Positions 22,577 through 36,734 of a stretch of DNA of 64,000 nt are shown piece by piece. How positions within the stretch are numbered: the stretch's first letter is position 1; each line of letters opens with the position of its first letter. Location of the stretch: contig NC_067403.1 of assembly GCF_016432865.1 (NCBI RefSeq), positions 255,998,001 to 256,062,000 on the forward strand, given 5' to 3'. Position numbers and translations under genes: made by a program. The notes below the pieces were generated by a model. It saw only the letters and a program-made list of their open reading frames with translations. It searched no databases and was not told the origin of the DNA. Source of the stretch: Antechinus flavipes (Eukaryota).

Positions 22577-25267
22577 GGAGAAGAAAGGAGGGAGGGGAAG
22601 AGAAAGAAAAAGAGCGTGAAAGAAAGAAAGAAAGAAAAGAGGGAGAGAGGGAAAGAAAGAAAGTACGGAAGAAGGGGGGAGGAAGAAAAAGGAAGGAAGA
22701 AAGAAAGATTGATCACAGATTAGGAACAAAAAGGGGCCTTGGAATCCATGCAGTCCCACCCCCTCTAACAGAGAAACAGTAAAGAGCCAAAATTCAGTTC
22801 CAAAGATCGTGACTCCAAATTTAGAATATCTTTACACTGCGTTTGACTCAGTTTCTCACTTTTGCTCTATCTTCCTTACAGGGGTTTCAGAGCTAGCTGC
22901 CTCACTTAAAAGGGCCACAGAAAAAGGTGAAGGGACTCCAGACTAAGAAGGACCTGAAGCCCCAGAGCTCACCTCTCTCATGTGAGGTCCCCCAGTTAAG
23001 CCAGAATTTAGCCGGGGTCTACCCAGCATCCTTTCTACTGAACTAAACTGAAATGACTTACATACGGGAAGGCCCCCTAAGCCTTGGGCTCAGAGGGGCT
23101 TCCCGGGTCGCGGGACCTCATTCCGGACCCCTCCCTGCCTGCCTTTGTCTGGCACCCTAGGCCACCTCTGCAGAGTCCTTCCCAGGCTCCTTCCGCAGCC
23201 CTGAGTCATGCCGCAGCACCAGGAGATTGGCAGGAAAGGACGCCCACGGGATTGATGCAGGCTGAGCTCATGCTGCGGCAAGCCGAGGCGGTGGCTGCTG
23301 GGAGCCCATCCTACCAGGGAAGTGCAAGCAGGGGAAGTTTGCAGAGTCTGAAATCGCTGACTCCTCTTCCCAGGATGCTTTGGTTCTGAGACAGAAAGCC
23401 AGCTCTGAAGCAGGAAGAAATGAAATGAGCCAGAAGATGGTTTCCACTCAGAAAGCCCCAGAGGGAGGCAGGCCAGCAGGGGTCAGGAGATTTCCTAAGC
23501 CCCCCTGAGTTTGTCCCCCGGGCCATGGAAAGTTTGGGGGCTTGTAGGGTCACAAAGGCAGAGGAGGCTTTTTCCACACTGGCCTCTCCCTAGCCCCGCC
23601 TCCACTGGGAGAACTAGTCTAGAATTACAGACTGATGATTACAGATGAGGAAACTGAGGTCAGACAGATGAAATGACTTCCCCCGTATTAATCAATAAGG
23701 ATCAGGGGTAGAATTTGGACCTGGGTCCAAAGCTAGTGTTCTGTCCAGTGCTGCCTCTCATAGGATTTCAAGTGACCCAGATTCTGGTCCCGGTTTTGTC
23801 ACTAACTTGCCGAGGAAGTATCCCAATTAGCCCCTCCTGCCCCAATGTCCAAACGAAGGAAAGCCTTGGGACCCTGGAGAATCCCACACCAGGGAGAGTC
23901 CTTGTTTTTAGGCCTCCAGGAAAATCCTGCAGGAAGCCTCGTGAAGGTTCCGCCACATCCCTGGATGTCAGGAGATCAGGAACCACTGTTTTCCAAAGCT
24001 GAGGCCCCGCAAGCCAGCTGAGGCCCGAGTTTGGCGGAACAACAATCCTTTGTGCTCCCCTTCTGGGTGATCTCACCCTCTGATAAAGTCACATAATAGT
24101 TGTACGGTCCATACCGGGTGCTCTCCGAGCTCCAACAAGTACTGCAGGATCACGTTCGGGTCATGAAGCCAGCTTGTCACATCGGCCCTGTGGCCCCTCC
24201 TTGTCAGGGCTAGAGTTCACTGCTTAGCCACTGATATAAGTCTTGAGATCTGCTCGGTCTAACTGGGGTCCCACCATCGGGTCCAGAGTCCCGGCACATG
24301 AGCCTCATCTGCCTCCTTGCAGCTTTCCCTCACTTTAAAAGTCTGACTTCCAACCTGCTCTGTTCGGCTCTGGCTGCCCACATGTTCCAGACCAGTCTGG
24401 TCCAGATGACCTAGATTTGAAGGGAGCACACAGGGCACTGCCCGGGCAAAATCACAGAGACGGGCCCCTTGGGGGCAGGGTCTTCCCTAGCACTTCGCTG
24501 GCACACAGTCGGTACTTCTTAAATGCTGCTGCCTCTGCAACATGAGGAGGCTGGACAGAGCACTTCCCCACGTACCACGCCCCATTCTGAATCTGCTTTT
24601 TGTGTGTTCTTATGCTCTCAAATTTGTCCAGAGCCATTATTTAAATGAATTTGGAACTTTTTAGGGCAGACTTCCTGCCTTTACTCTGTCATCTTGGCTC
24701 CATCTCCAGAATGCAGTATTTTTGAGGATGGTTATTAGCTCATTTTATTTGTTTTCCTCAAGCTAATCACACATGACATATTTTTAGCATAAAAATGCTC
24801 ATCGACTGAATCGTCCTCTATTTTACTGAAAGGTATAAATAATAAAACAACTAAGAGACTCTTGAAGAAAAGTAAGTGAATAAAAGATCCCTTTCAAACA
24901 CAGTTGCGATGGGATACTTCTCTTAGCATCTAAGGTTCTATGACCAAGAAAATTGGGAACATTTCCTATTATTTGATATTTGAGTCAAGAATGAGCTGGT
25001 TTGTCTGTGATTTTGATCAACTAAGGCTTCCCATAATCCAGTTTATGGAGTACAATATATATCCAGTTGCCTTGTTAATTTGGATAACTGTACCTCTATC
25101 TGGGAGCAGGGGGAGTAATAACCTGCATGTAAAAAGTTTTCTTAGGAAACTAAAGTTTTCTAAAGAAAACTTCTTTAGAACTAAAAAAATCTACTTCAAC
25201 ACTAAGGGATAATTAACGATGCAATTTCATTCATTTGATATTCTGGCTATGGAAAATTAACCTTTTC

Positions 25268-25538
25268 TTTTTTTTAATATTTTATTTTATTTTATAATAA
25301 CTTTATATTGACAGAATCCATGCCAGGGTAATTTTTTTTTTTTTAAACAACATTATCCCTTGCATTCGCTTCTGTTCCTATTTTTCCCCTCCCTCCCTTC
25401 ACCCCCTCCCCTAGATGGCAAGCAGTCCTATATATGTTAGATATGTTGCCATATATCCTAGATACAATATATGTTTGCAGAACCGAGCAGTTCTCTTGTT
25501 GCACAGGGAGAATTGGATTCAGAAGGTAAAAACAACTC
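25268..25538 (-). mobile_element. young 5'-truncated L1 3' end
   Basis: T-rich tail then aataactttatattgacagaatccatgccagggt...; 17-bp TSD GGAAAATTAACCTTTTC at 25251-67 and 25539-55. Confidence 0.85.
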
Positions 25539-25836
25539 GGAAAATTAACCTTTTCACTGTACGTGGACATTCAGAGGGTTTTGCTGTAGTATTTTTTCAG
25601 TGTAAAATGAGGTATGTTCCAGACCTGAAGGCTTATTCATACTGATTGCATTTATAAGGAAGAAGAGGATGTGGGAATTTATCAAAAATATCAGGGTTTA
25701 GGATGAATATAAGAACTGATGAGACTACTTCGTAAATGAATATAAAAGAACTGTATGTTTAAATATGTAAACAAAGAGGTTGAAGGAAAGTTTTTGACTT
25801 TGTTTAAAAGAGAAATACGTGAGAAACTTCATTAAC

Positions 25837-26162
25837 TGTAAAGGGTTGAAACTTTTGAGTTGATGCACTGAGGTTGGACAACCGAGAACTTAAGGTTAAT
25901 ACACTGTTAGCATATGCTTGGAAAATGGCCCTTCCCACTATCCTATGCTGGCTTGATCTGTTGGTGTATACAGAGAATTGTAGGAGGGATTAGGGGGTGG
26001 AGTAAGACTAGCCAGTGTCACTTCTGGGTGGGAGACGAAGAAGAAAGGTCATGGACATTCTATGTCCATCCAATTCAATCCTACCCCTAAAGACCAAGGA
26101 CTTTTGCTTATCCTGACTCAGGCTGATTCTAAGGTATCCAGGGTGCTAACGCGGTCATCACA
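25837..26162 (+). mobile_element. ERV solo LTR (326 bp)
   Basis: TGTAAAGGG...CATCACA termini; 6-bp TSD with one mismatch (ATTAAC/GTTAAC). Strand is tentative because no clear AATAAA is present. Confidence 0.7.
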
Positions 26163-26767
26163 GTTAACATTGGGGAAAATGAATAAACATTTTAAAGTAA
26201 ATAATAAATAATTTACAGAGAACATTGAATAGCAATGGGTTCTTTCTGAGATTGTAGAACCTAGCTTTTTACTAAATTAAAATGTGAATTTCAATGTAAC
26301 GATTAGGGACATTTTAAATCTAACAATAGACAGCACTTTGCCAGCAAATTATCTTAAATAGTAGAGCCCATAATATAAAATGCTTGGAATAACTGGCCCT
26401 TAAGAATATACTAATAAATAAAGTTATAATTAGGATTTTGTGTGATACCATTTGGGAAATTGAACCAGGTGTAATCCCCTTACATAGACTCTCTCTTAAA
26501 ACAATGTGTATGATATCAGAATTTGTTCTACCATTTGGCCTTGTGGTTGAATGTTAAGAAAATTCATGAATCAAAAAAAAATCTATTAACTGAAGGAGCT
26601 AAAATATTTCAAAGGAGGATGCGGAGAGTTGGTTGAGCTGGTATGTGATTATAATGAAATTCTTATGCAAAATGAAATCAGCAAAACCAAGAGAACACCA
26701 TACACAGTAAGAGTAATTGCTCCTGTAAGATCTATCTTGATTTTTGTTACAAAGGTACTTAACCCCA

Positions 26768-27095
26768 GCTACACCCAAAGAAAGAACACTGGGAAATGAA
26801 TGTAAACTATTTGCATTTTTGTTTTTCTTCCCAGGTTATTTCTACCTTCTGAATCCAGTTCTCCCTGGGCAACAAGAGAACTGTTTGGTTCTGCAAACAT
26901 ATATTGTATCTAGGATATACTGTAACCTATTTAACATGTAAAGGACTGCTTGCCATCTAGGGGAGGGGGTGGAGGGAGGGAGGGGAAAAATCAGAATAGA
27001 AGTGAATGCAAGGGATAACATTGTAAAAAAATTACCCTGGCATGGGTTCTGTCAATAAAAAGTTATTTTTTTAAAAAATGGGAAAAAAAAACAAC
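26768..27095 (+). mobile_element. young 5'-truncated L1 3' end
   Basis: Reverse complement of the family at 25268/30991/36735; 19-bp TSD ACAAAGGTA(C/T)TTAACCCCA at 26749-67 and 27096-114. Confidence 0.85.
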
Positions 27096-29606
27096 ACAAA
27101 GGTATTTAACCCCAATCCCCTCAACTTCTGGCATTTTGTTCTGCCTTTTTGTCAAGTCAAACCAGTCTCATTCCTCTTCTTTGTGACCTTTCAAAGATCT
27201 ATGGGCAGATATTACGTTATCCCCTTTGAATCTACCGACTATGATTTGTACTTGTCTACAAACATATTGTTTGCTACTGGTAGAATATAAGTACTTCAAA
27301 GAGGTCCTGGTTTTGTTTTTTTCCCCTTTGTATCTGCAACATCTAGGACAGTTTCGGGGATATTAAAGGTACTTGCTGAACACTTGTTGAGTTGCATTTA
27401 TTTTTTTTTTAATAGGAATTTATTTTTTTCGAATGACATCAAGACAATTTTTAGCATTTATTTTTACAAAATGTTGAGGTCCAAAATTGTCTTCCTTTCT
27501 CCTTCCCTCTTGTTTAAATGACGGGCAATCTGATATAAGCTGTATGTATGCTCAAATTTTACAAAAATGAAAATAGAAATCCATCATTTCATGTAATTGA
27601 AGAAATAATATACTATCAAAATAAAATGAAAAGAAATTGGAAGTTTTCTGAGAAAACAATAAACATTTCAGGAATGAGAGTTCAAAATGTCCTAAAGGGA
27701 GGGAAACCAGGAGGTTTAGAATAAAAGGCAATGCAGATAGACTCAATGTAAAACATACATAAAGTCTTTCAAATTTTAAAGTTCTATTCCAATGCTCAAA
27801 ATGACGATAATTGTTGTCATGAAAACCCCTTCTAGTTAAGTAGCTGCAAAATGCTAATGTTTGTTACCAGTTCTTATCAGCTACTTTTAATAGCTGATTT
27901 TGTAATCTTTTGTAAAGGTGGAAATAGAATGGTGGGCAGTGGGACATCCAGGGAAAAGAGTGTTCGGATCTCTTCTTTGTGCCAGAATGAAGGATAGAAA
28001 TGGAGACTTGGGAAATCGGAGCTAATAAGCACAAATGGACTGATGGCTGGGTAAGATACATTCAAGAAAGCTGCCGTGGGCATCGAACACTGATCATGTT
28101 TCTCAAAATTAAAGAGAGAAAATGGACTTGACCGAATAAACGGTGACACAGGTGCTCCCCAATACCAAGATGGGGTAAGGGGTTCTAGTCTCGGGGACCA
28201 TCTGGATAATTTGCTGGAACTGGGAATATGCTGGACTTATGGATGGTGTTTTTGCAGGAGAAGCACCAGGCAGCCACTGGCTACGCCCATAAATCCTACA
28301 CACAGGAAATCAGGAAGAGAGAACAAAATGACAAAGAGTGAGACTCTGAACGCCGCTGAAACAGATTCTGAAGAGTCCTGGATTCCATACCCTTGTGTTG
28401 TGACTACTTTTGTCATTGTTTGTATATACACAAATACATAGACATTCATCAGTATGGGTAGGCTCCAGCAGAAAAGGCACAATAGGAAAATGGATATTGA
28501 GGCTTGGGTTATGAATTCTGACCGTATGGAACAGGTAAAGAGCCTGATGGTGATAATCTAGAAAACCAAGGTAGCCATTGGTGACAGAGACTGCAGGCTG
28601 CCAAGGGCGGAAAACAAAGCCACAGCTGACTGGAGGCAGGAAATTTTCCAGCCCCAAACCAACCATAGTCTGAGGTATTCGCCTGGAAATGGGGGGTGGG
28701 GGTGGGCTGCTGCTGCCCGGCCCTGCAGGAGGCTCCTCCTCCTCCTCCTGCTGCTGCTGTTAGAAAAAATAGGATCCCATCCTTCTTGTGGGTCACAATC
28801 TATTGTTACTGGGATGACATTGAACCAATAACTATCGGCTTCATTTCTTCATATGAACATCAAATTCTGGCCTGAGTTTCTTCATATAAAACACACAATA
28901 GGTATTAGATCGATGTTCATTTCCATCTCCCATTTGTACTGACAAATTATGTCTCTACGGCATGCTGCTTTTTAGTTATCTTAGCCTCTGAGGGCTTGGG
29001 GTTTTTCCAAAGATCCTCATACGTCTCTACCTGCTCCGATCGGTATCATGAACTCAATAATCATTTAGCCAAGTCATTTCCTAAGAAGCTGTAGCATTAA
29101 TAACCAAAAGAAAGCAGGTTGTATTTTTACCTTTATCAAGGTTTTATTGACCTCAATGTCCCTGCTAATGACCCCAGGTGTAGCTGGAAACTCTGAAGGC
29201 TCCGATGGAACTTCCAGTTTACCTGACCATGGTTTTCTTGGACCTAAATACATGCAGATATACACGAGAGAAATTAAAGCCATATATGGTGACAGACACA
29301 TGCTGACTCATTGTGAAAAGGGCATCTTCTCTATATTTCCATTTCTGGCTTCTAAGAAGCTATGCCTCTATTATATATAAACAATGTTTTGCTTTAGCAA
29401 CTCCAATCAAGATCTCTGATAATTATTTAATCAATTAGGATAATTTGTAGAACGAGTACACAAACTAGAAATAAATTCCCCAAACCTCTACTTATTGATA
29501 CAGGGACACATAATATTTCAACGCACTTTCTCCATGACCCACGGGAAGAGAGATAGGCGAGTGTTCCCCAAAGATGTGGGTAGGAAAATTAGTTCTTACA
29601 CATTTT

Positions 29607-29746
29607 TTTTTTAGATTGATAAAAGAGGTTTATTATTGGGTAAGCAAAGTTAAAGTATAGGCGAAGGTAGAGATAAGGAGGGCACTGGACAGAGGGTCCA
29701 GTGGACAGAGGGTCCTCACATGGTAGCCATGTTTGGAATCTCTGCC
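29607..29746 (-). mobile_element. short polyadenylated retroposed fragment, possibly LTR U3-R derived
   Basis: T-run 29603-12, minus-strand AATAAA about 16 nt from it, TSD CACATTTT (29599-606 and 29747-54), internal repeat TGGACAGAGGGTCC twice. Confidence 0.55.
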
Positions 29747-30990
29747 CACATTTTCAATTGTTATTAAAATAATTGTGATGGGGAAAATAAAATAGCTTTG
29801 ATCTTAAAATATAAAAAGTTTTGGTCTATCCCTCATATTTACAATATGCTTTACTTGATCAATGACTCTATTTCTATTGAATAATTAGAATAATGTACCC
29901 CTCAATTTTAAGACAGGAAATATTTTTTATGTATAAAGTATTAGAATTTTGGAAATAGCAACATATTTAATTTTACATTAATATGTGTGTAAATATAACT
30001 ATACTCTTGTAAATGCTTATGTGAAATATTAATTCTTAGAAAAAAGAAGCAAGGAAGAATGAGGAAATAACAGGGAGACAATCTGGGTGTCTATTTGTAA
30101 ACAGCTTGCACTGTTTTCATTTTTTGAACTATTAGGAACGAGAATTATTGAATTAAAAATTGACTAAAATGTTTCCATTTATAAACATACTAAACCCTCT
30201 GAATTATAATTAGAGCATTTTACATTGAACAGACAATAAGTGAATCACGAAAAGTTGACATAATTTCCAAGGTCATACATCTCTACTGACATGGAAAATG
30301 GCTCTCACTGTGTATGTTTCTCTGTTTCTGTCTCTACCTGTTCCTGTATCTGTCTGTTTGTCTCTGTTTTTCTGTCTCTGGTCTAGTATTTTTGTCTTTC
30401 TCCTTTTTCCTCTTTCTGTCTCTACCCATTTCTCTCTCTGTATGTATGTATATATGATCTGTCATCTATCTTCTGCTCTCTTCTCCTCCCCTCTCTACCT
30501 ACATACTCCCCCGATGAAACTAGAAATAGAGATATCTTGAAATATTCCAAACTTTCATCTGATGAATTCTCTTTCTTTCCAACTTTTGTCTTTGGATGAT
30601 CAAATTTCAGTTAACACAAAGTCTATCAACAATACTATTCTAAAAATCCATCTCATTATAATCAAAGAAAAGCATAAAAAGAAACATAACCTGCACTCTC
30701 TAGAATCAGATGGCAGAAAATCTTTTCTAAGGGTTTAAAACCACCAAGTTCAACAACACTGTTGGAATTTAGAACCCCTCAACACATACCAGAAATAACA
30801 ACAATAGTAAAAACAGAAAAGATCACAGGAAACAGTTTCTTTAAAAAAAAAAAAAAAAAGAATGTCTCTAAATGAACCATCAATTTCTTTGGGGAGCTGT
30901 CTTTCTTTTTAAAAATAAACCTGTAAACAGATCAATTTATCCAATTGTAATGACCTACACCTTTCTAATGTCAAATTAAGTTATCCATGG

Positions 30991-31367
30991 GTTTTTTTTT
31001 AATAACTTTTTATTGACAGAATCCATGCCAGGGTAATTTTTTACAGCATTATCCCTTGCACTCACTTCTATTCCGATTTTTCCCCTCCTTCTCTCCACCC
31101 CCTCCCCCAGATGGCAAACAGTCCTTTACATGTTGAATAGTTACAGTATATCCTAGATACAATATATGTGTGTAGAACCGAACAGTTCTCTTGTTGCACA
31201 GGGAGAATTGGATTCAGAAGGTAGAAATAACCCGGGAAGAAAAAAAAATGCAAGCAGTTTCTATTCATTTCCCAGTGTTCTTTCTCTGGGTGTAGCTGCT
31301 TCTGTCCATCCTTGATCAATTGAAACTGGATTAGCTTTCTTTATCGAAGAGATCCACTTCCATCAGA
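30991..31367 (-). mobile_element. young 5'-truncated L1 3' end
   Basis: Same family; TSD TATCCATGG at 30982-90 and 31368-76. Confidence 0.85.
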
Positions 31368-31844
31368 TATCCATGGTTTTCTTAAACTATGTATAATGGA
31401 TGAAAGGTTCATAATTTATAGATGGTACCGGCCACAAAATTTCAGTAAAAATGTCAATGCACTTTCAGGGATGGGTTTACTCTTTCACTTGCTCATGAGA
31501 CCATTTAACCTCGGATTGTACCAGAGTCTGTTTGCAACCGTTACTTTAACCTTAGTCTAGTCTATCTTTGATATAGACTAGAGCCGCCAAAACAGGACCC
31601 TCTTAAAGCATTAATAAATCAAGTTCAAAAGAAAATCACCAGGCTTTTCCAGGAACCTGGAAGTCATTCTAGGAGTCAATCACTGCTCATATGACATAGG
31701 CAGATTTCTAGAATTCTGTCTCATTTACTTTGGATACAATTTGAGTTTGTAAAATTAAAAGTAGCATCACACAAGAGAAGAGGTTTTACAGGAAAAAACA
31801 CTACTCTAAAAGACTACGAGGCATCAGCCTGTGAAGGATGTATG

Positions 31845-32320
31845 AGACTCTAAGCCAACATGACTACTCAGAGTTCACTCTGTAGAAAGCAGAAAGATTG
31901 TTTGTTAAAAGCTCCAGAGGAGGAGCCCTTCTCTCAAGATAAGGCAAAGAGAAAGCTTGTGGTAGGAGGGCTAAAGTAGTAAAGATACACAGCCTTTATA
32001 CAAAAGATTACATCACAAGGAAGAGAGCATTGAGAAGGGGAGAGGGAGGCATCTAATTGGTTGTTGCTATCAGGAGAGATGGGAATGGAATTTTCCCCAA
32101 ATCCTCGGATTTCTAAAAAAACAGAAAAATCAGGCCATCAGGCTTCAGATATCGTGGCCAAGGCTCAAGCACATTTGGGCCTGCACGTAATCGAGCCGAT
32201 GGTGATCAAGCTCATAGACTCGATATCGATAGATGTCAAATACTGATAAATGGCATCAGCTCAGGTTAAGTAAATAGGTTTCTAGCTGGGCGAGGCTCAA
32301 GTAAACATGGGCCTACACAT
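31845..32320 (-). mobile_element. possible LTR remnant
   Basis: Starts TGTGAAGG, has minus-strand TATA-like ctttataca and CCAAT-like attggtt; no TSD found, boundaries uncertain. Confidence 0.35.
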
Positions 32321-32839
32321 GTGATACAGGTCAGAGGGGAAACGCAGAAATAATGAAAATACAGAAAAAGAATTCACACATTGCTGTAAGTTCTCTATTC
32401 CACAGTTTCCCTCTTGCTCATATTTCTATGATTTGCTCATATTTCAATGAACTCACACACTGTTCAAAGTCAGTTAACATATCTATACATCGTTTATCAA
32501 GTTCACCATCAAGATCATCCCTCTCTAATACATCCCAGCCTTTTCTCTGAAGAATCATCATTTTCATAGCATCTTCTGTGTGCTATATTTCGATAGGGAT
32601 CGTTGAACTATTCTGGTTACTAAGGTAATTATACAGAGCAGACATAGTGGCGACAGGATAATACCATTGATTGCAATAAGTCCATACCATAAAAATTGCT
32701 TCCACCAACTCTCTTGGAAGCAGTTATCACCCAACAGATTGGTGTTTAGCAGACATAAAAATACAAAGCTAAATGAACAAAGATGACAATCTAGAGAAAC
32801 TGAGGCATCATCACACACTCTCCTGAATAGTTGAATAAT

Positions 32840-33080
32840 TAATAATTAAAAATATTTATTAATATAATTAATATATAATATTAATATATCATTATAATGT
32901 ATATATAATTATATATAAACATCATAATATAATATATAATAATAAATAATTCACAATAATAAAATGAATAATTAATAATTATAATAATATTGATGATGAT
33001 TTAATATTAATTTGATAATAATTTAATATTAATAACTTGAATTAATTAACTCCATATAAGGATATTAATAATTAATTTGA
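32840..33080. repeat. AT-rich low-complexity (AAT/ATA) tract
   Basis: Almost exclusively A/T with repeated aat/tat units. Confidence 0.9.
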
Positions 33081-35224
33081 ATTACCTCCCCCGGATACCT
33101 GGGAGGTCTCAGCACTATAATTTTGACCAACCCAATGTGAAGCAAATAAATCAAAAATAAAACAAGAAAATCCAAGAACTTATAGCAAAGGCAAGTCTCT
33201 TCCTGACAACCCCAGGGTTATCAGCAGTCCAAAGGCCCTCATCTCAGCCAGAGAATCCAGTTTGAGATGGATGGTTCACTATGTTAGGGGGTCTGCAGTC
33301 ATTTGTGCACTTAACTCAGCTTCTGCTTATATAAGGAGTAGCAGGGCTTAAGATAGCCCCATGCTAGGAGGGGCACCCCAAGTCTGTCAGGGATTCCAAA
33401 GGAGGGAAAGAGTGGGGCCTGGAGTAGCTCTACCTGTCCCCTCTGATGGAACAGAAGAAGCTACGAGGATCCAGAAAGGATTTCTGAGCAGAATATGCAC
33501 AGTTAGACCACGAAGGCAGGCAAACCCCGAACTTAGAGGCTTGCTCTCCAAACTGCAGTGTCCTATGAGAATGCCGAGATCCCAATTAAGAAACTGGGGT
33601 TACAGGGCCAGAGACTGCCAGGCCCAAGATGGGTGTCTATATCTTGGAGATTTCTTAAAAACAGGCTGCCAGAGCAATCCCAACAGAGTAAGGGATTTCT
33701 AAGCTAAAGCATCAAATCATCATCCCCCATAGAAAGTTCCCATACATCCCTAACAGCAATAATTGCACAGTTTAACAGTTTCCATCCCAAATCTTAAACG
33801 CACACCTGACCTCTCTATTCCACACAAACCGAAGCAGGGAAGTCTGATAGGAAGAAAAAACCTTACCTTTGCGATTCCACTCCAATGTGCTGCTTTCATT
33901 TCCATCACTCTGGGACTTCAGGAAAGTTAGAGTCGTCTCATTTCTAAATTTTTGGAGAAACTTTCATTATAGTTCCAGGAGAAACAAGGTAGAATCTGGT
34001 CCATTCATTCAATCTCCTAACCGAGAGTGAATAATTTCAGAAATTAACTGAAAAGAAAACCACTTGAAACTACTTGGGGTGTCCCTCACTAGGAAATGAC
34101 TTTCTGTTGGAATACACAGGAGCCACCTGACAGCGGCTGCTGGAAATCCAACATAGAATGGATCTCTTCTTGTCACAGGATGAAACTAGGAGACTGAAAC
34201 AGTCACTGTTCTTTGACGGAGAGGCCGCTGCCTCGTCGAACCTCTCTCCTCCTCCCTCTGCCTCCAATTTATCTCATGCCCAATCTGCAACACCTGTGTC
34301 AGAAAAGGCTGCCTGCGACTCCTTTATCTGCTATGATCCACAGCTGTGGAGGCTTTCGGAGAATTGACCTGTCCCGTAACAACTTTCCAATCCAAGAATA
34401 TTTCTTTAAGTAGAAATGGGGCCCCAATAATCAACCTTTTCAGAGGAAGATACATAGACAATGAGCAGTATTATATAAAGATTCTATTCCAATACTAATA
34501 TCTTTCAAAATAGGGAAAACCAAAGTGGGGGAAGGTTTTAGCCAGCCATTTGGTGTTCAGAAAGCAAAATGATACCTCCAAGAAATACAATAATCTTTGT
34601 TTAAAGAAAGAAAAGGAAAAGTGAACATTTAGAAAGTTTTATGCTTGTTGCAGATGCTATCTACTCAAGAACTGCAGACATAAGTTATAGATTCAAGATT
34701 CTCTCTTCCCTTAGAGATGTGATTGTCATGTCAGTAATAAGACAAGTAGTGTTGACTTCACACAATCTCAAGAGTATCACCAAAGGCTTGAAATTTGTTC
34801 CACATAGAAAATATCAGCCGCTATTTTTATTGATTGGTGATGATACACCTATCAAAAATTACTAATTAATAATGATTATGAATTAAAATAATTTTTAAAA
34901 AATATATTTATGAGCTACTTGAGAAACTTTTGCAGGTTACCAAGAATGGAGGGATGTGAAATTTAAACAATATCCTTGGAGGATGGAGATAAGAAAGAAC
35001 AGCTGAGGAGTGTTGAGTTTGTTTTTTTTTTTTTTTTTTAAGCTGGCCTGGTTTTTCAAGCTTTGTTCTGGATTTTAACTAAAAAGAATCTTTTCTCGTA
35101 TTCATTTCTTTAGGTTAGTCACTGATTATGATTTTCTGCATAAAGACAACATTGTTAAAATATTTTATATTCTCATCTGTCCATAGAACTTATCAAATTT
35201 ATAAGTTTTCAAAGCTTCTTCTTC

Positions 35225-35289
35225 CAATCTCTATCTCTCTTTCTTTTTCTCTGTTTCTCACTGTTTGTCTCTGTCTCTGTCTCTGTGTG

Positions 35290-35334
<45 letters not shown>

Positions 35335-35337
35335 GAC
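35225..35337. repeat. compound microsatellite (TC)/(TG)/(CA)
   Basis: ctctgtgtgtgtgtgtgtctctctctctctctctctctcacacacacacacac. Confidence 0.9.
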
Positions 35338-36734
35338 AAAAACTATTGAATACCTACAACAAATTAAGGGAATGGATTGTAGTTGCAGAAGAGAAGAAGA
35401 GATCCAATCCAACAATAACAATTTTTTTTTTTAATGAAGAAATCTTCAATGCAAAGATTCTTGAAATTGGAAGCACTATGTACTAATTCCAGCTCTGAAA
35501 CTTAGTAGTTTCATGATCCTGTCTGAGGCAACAAATATGAATGTCATTTTTCTTTTTAATAAAATTTTTTAAAAAATTTTTTAATTATTTAAAAAATTAA
35601 AAATTTTATTAAATTATTAAAAGAAGGTTTAGCTGAGATAGCTCATAATAAAAACATGGTGAGAAGGTATTAAGTGTTGTTTATAATGAGAATTCACATC
35701 CTAGGTTCACATCCTTCTTCTGTTATTTGTGACCCGAGTGACCATTTTTATAGCACTCAAGTTTCTTCATCAACAAACCTAACTCTCTAGATTTTTTCCC
35801 TTTCTCCATAACCGTTTGGCTCACCTTGGTCACCTCTCCACTCCTTCTTCTAGGGCCTTTTTTATGTTTTGAATTCCTTATTAGAATGTAAGTTCTCTGA
35901 GGCCAGAAATTGCCTCGATGAGGTTTATATAAAAACCTCAGACGGGGCTTGGGTCATATGATCCTCGGAAGTTACAAACATCTTCTCAATTTGGAAATAA
36001 AAGAAACGAACACCAAATCAAATGAGAAAATATTTGCAAAGTGCTTCGAAAAGTGCTTGCCATATACTTAATGCTACATAAAATCCAATTATTATTACTG
36101 TTCTTATTCTTTTGTTGTTGTAAGAGAAGTACTCAGATGGGGAAACTGATGTCTTGCCTGTTTTTTATAAGGCAGTTGACTTTTGAGGAACTCTCCAGAG
36201 AAAATAAAGAAAAAAAGGGACAGGTGGCAACAGGTTAACCATCAAGCAGCGTCTGAAACATCTACAGTTTCTGTCTTCCAGACCATGAGTTTTGACTCCT
36301 AAATGATGAATTCTAGATGTATATGCTTGTAGCAGAAACATGAAAGAAAAAAGACAAGAAGAATGGGCAGCCTTTGTTCTGGCCCTGACTTGTGTCTATT
36401 TAATTATGGGTGTTTTAATCCCGTTCAAACGTGTTTGTAAATTTTTTCATGAATACCCATGGATCATCATCACCTTAAGAAGACTGGATTGAGGAGGTTG
36501 TGAATAATGCACTGAAAAGGAAAACAAGTCAACAAAAAATGACAAGTCAAGGCAGTTTATTAGGAATGGATACTCAAGTGTGAGTCCCTGTAGTCTTTCA
36601 ATGAACAAGCACACGTAGTGGGGTGGGCTTCTGCAGGAAGGCAAACCCAGATGGAGAAGCCAAAGCTCAGTTTCTGTCCTTATCTGACATAAGAGGCTGG
36701 TGGATTCGCAGGCACTATGAATGAGGGGAATCTT

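Noticed and set aside
21769-22782. 259-337 aa ORFs
   Set aside because: Artefacts of translating through the 620-N gap.
24060-24240. Minus-strand frame TLALTRRGHRADVTSWLHDPNVILQYLLELGEHPVW, faintly ankyrin-like
   Set aside because: Short, bounded by stops, no start or splice sites, and the resemblance is too weak without a database search.
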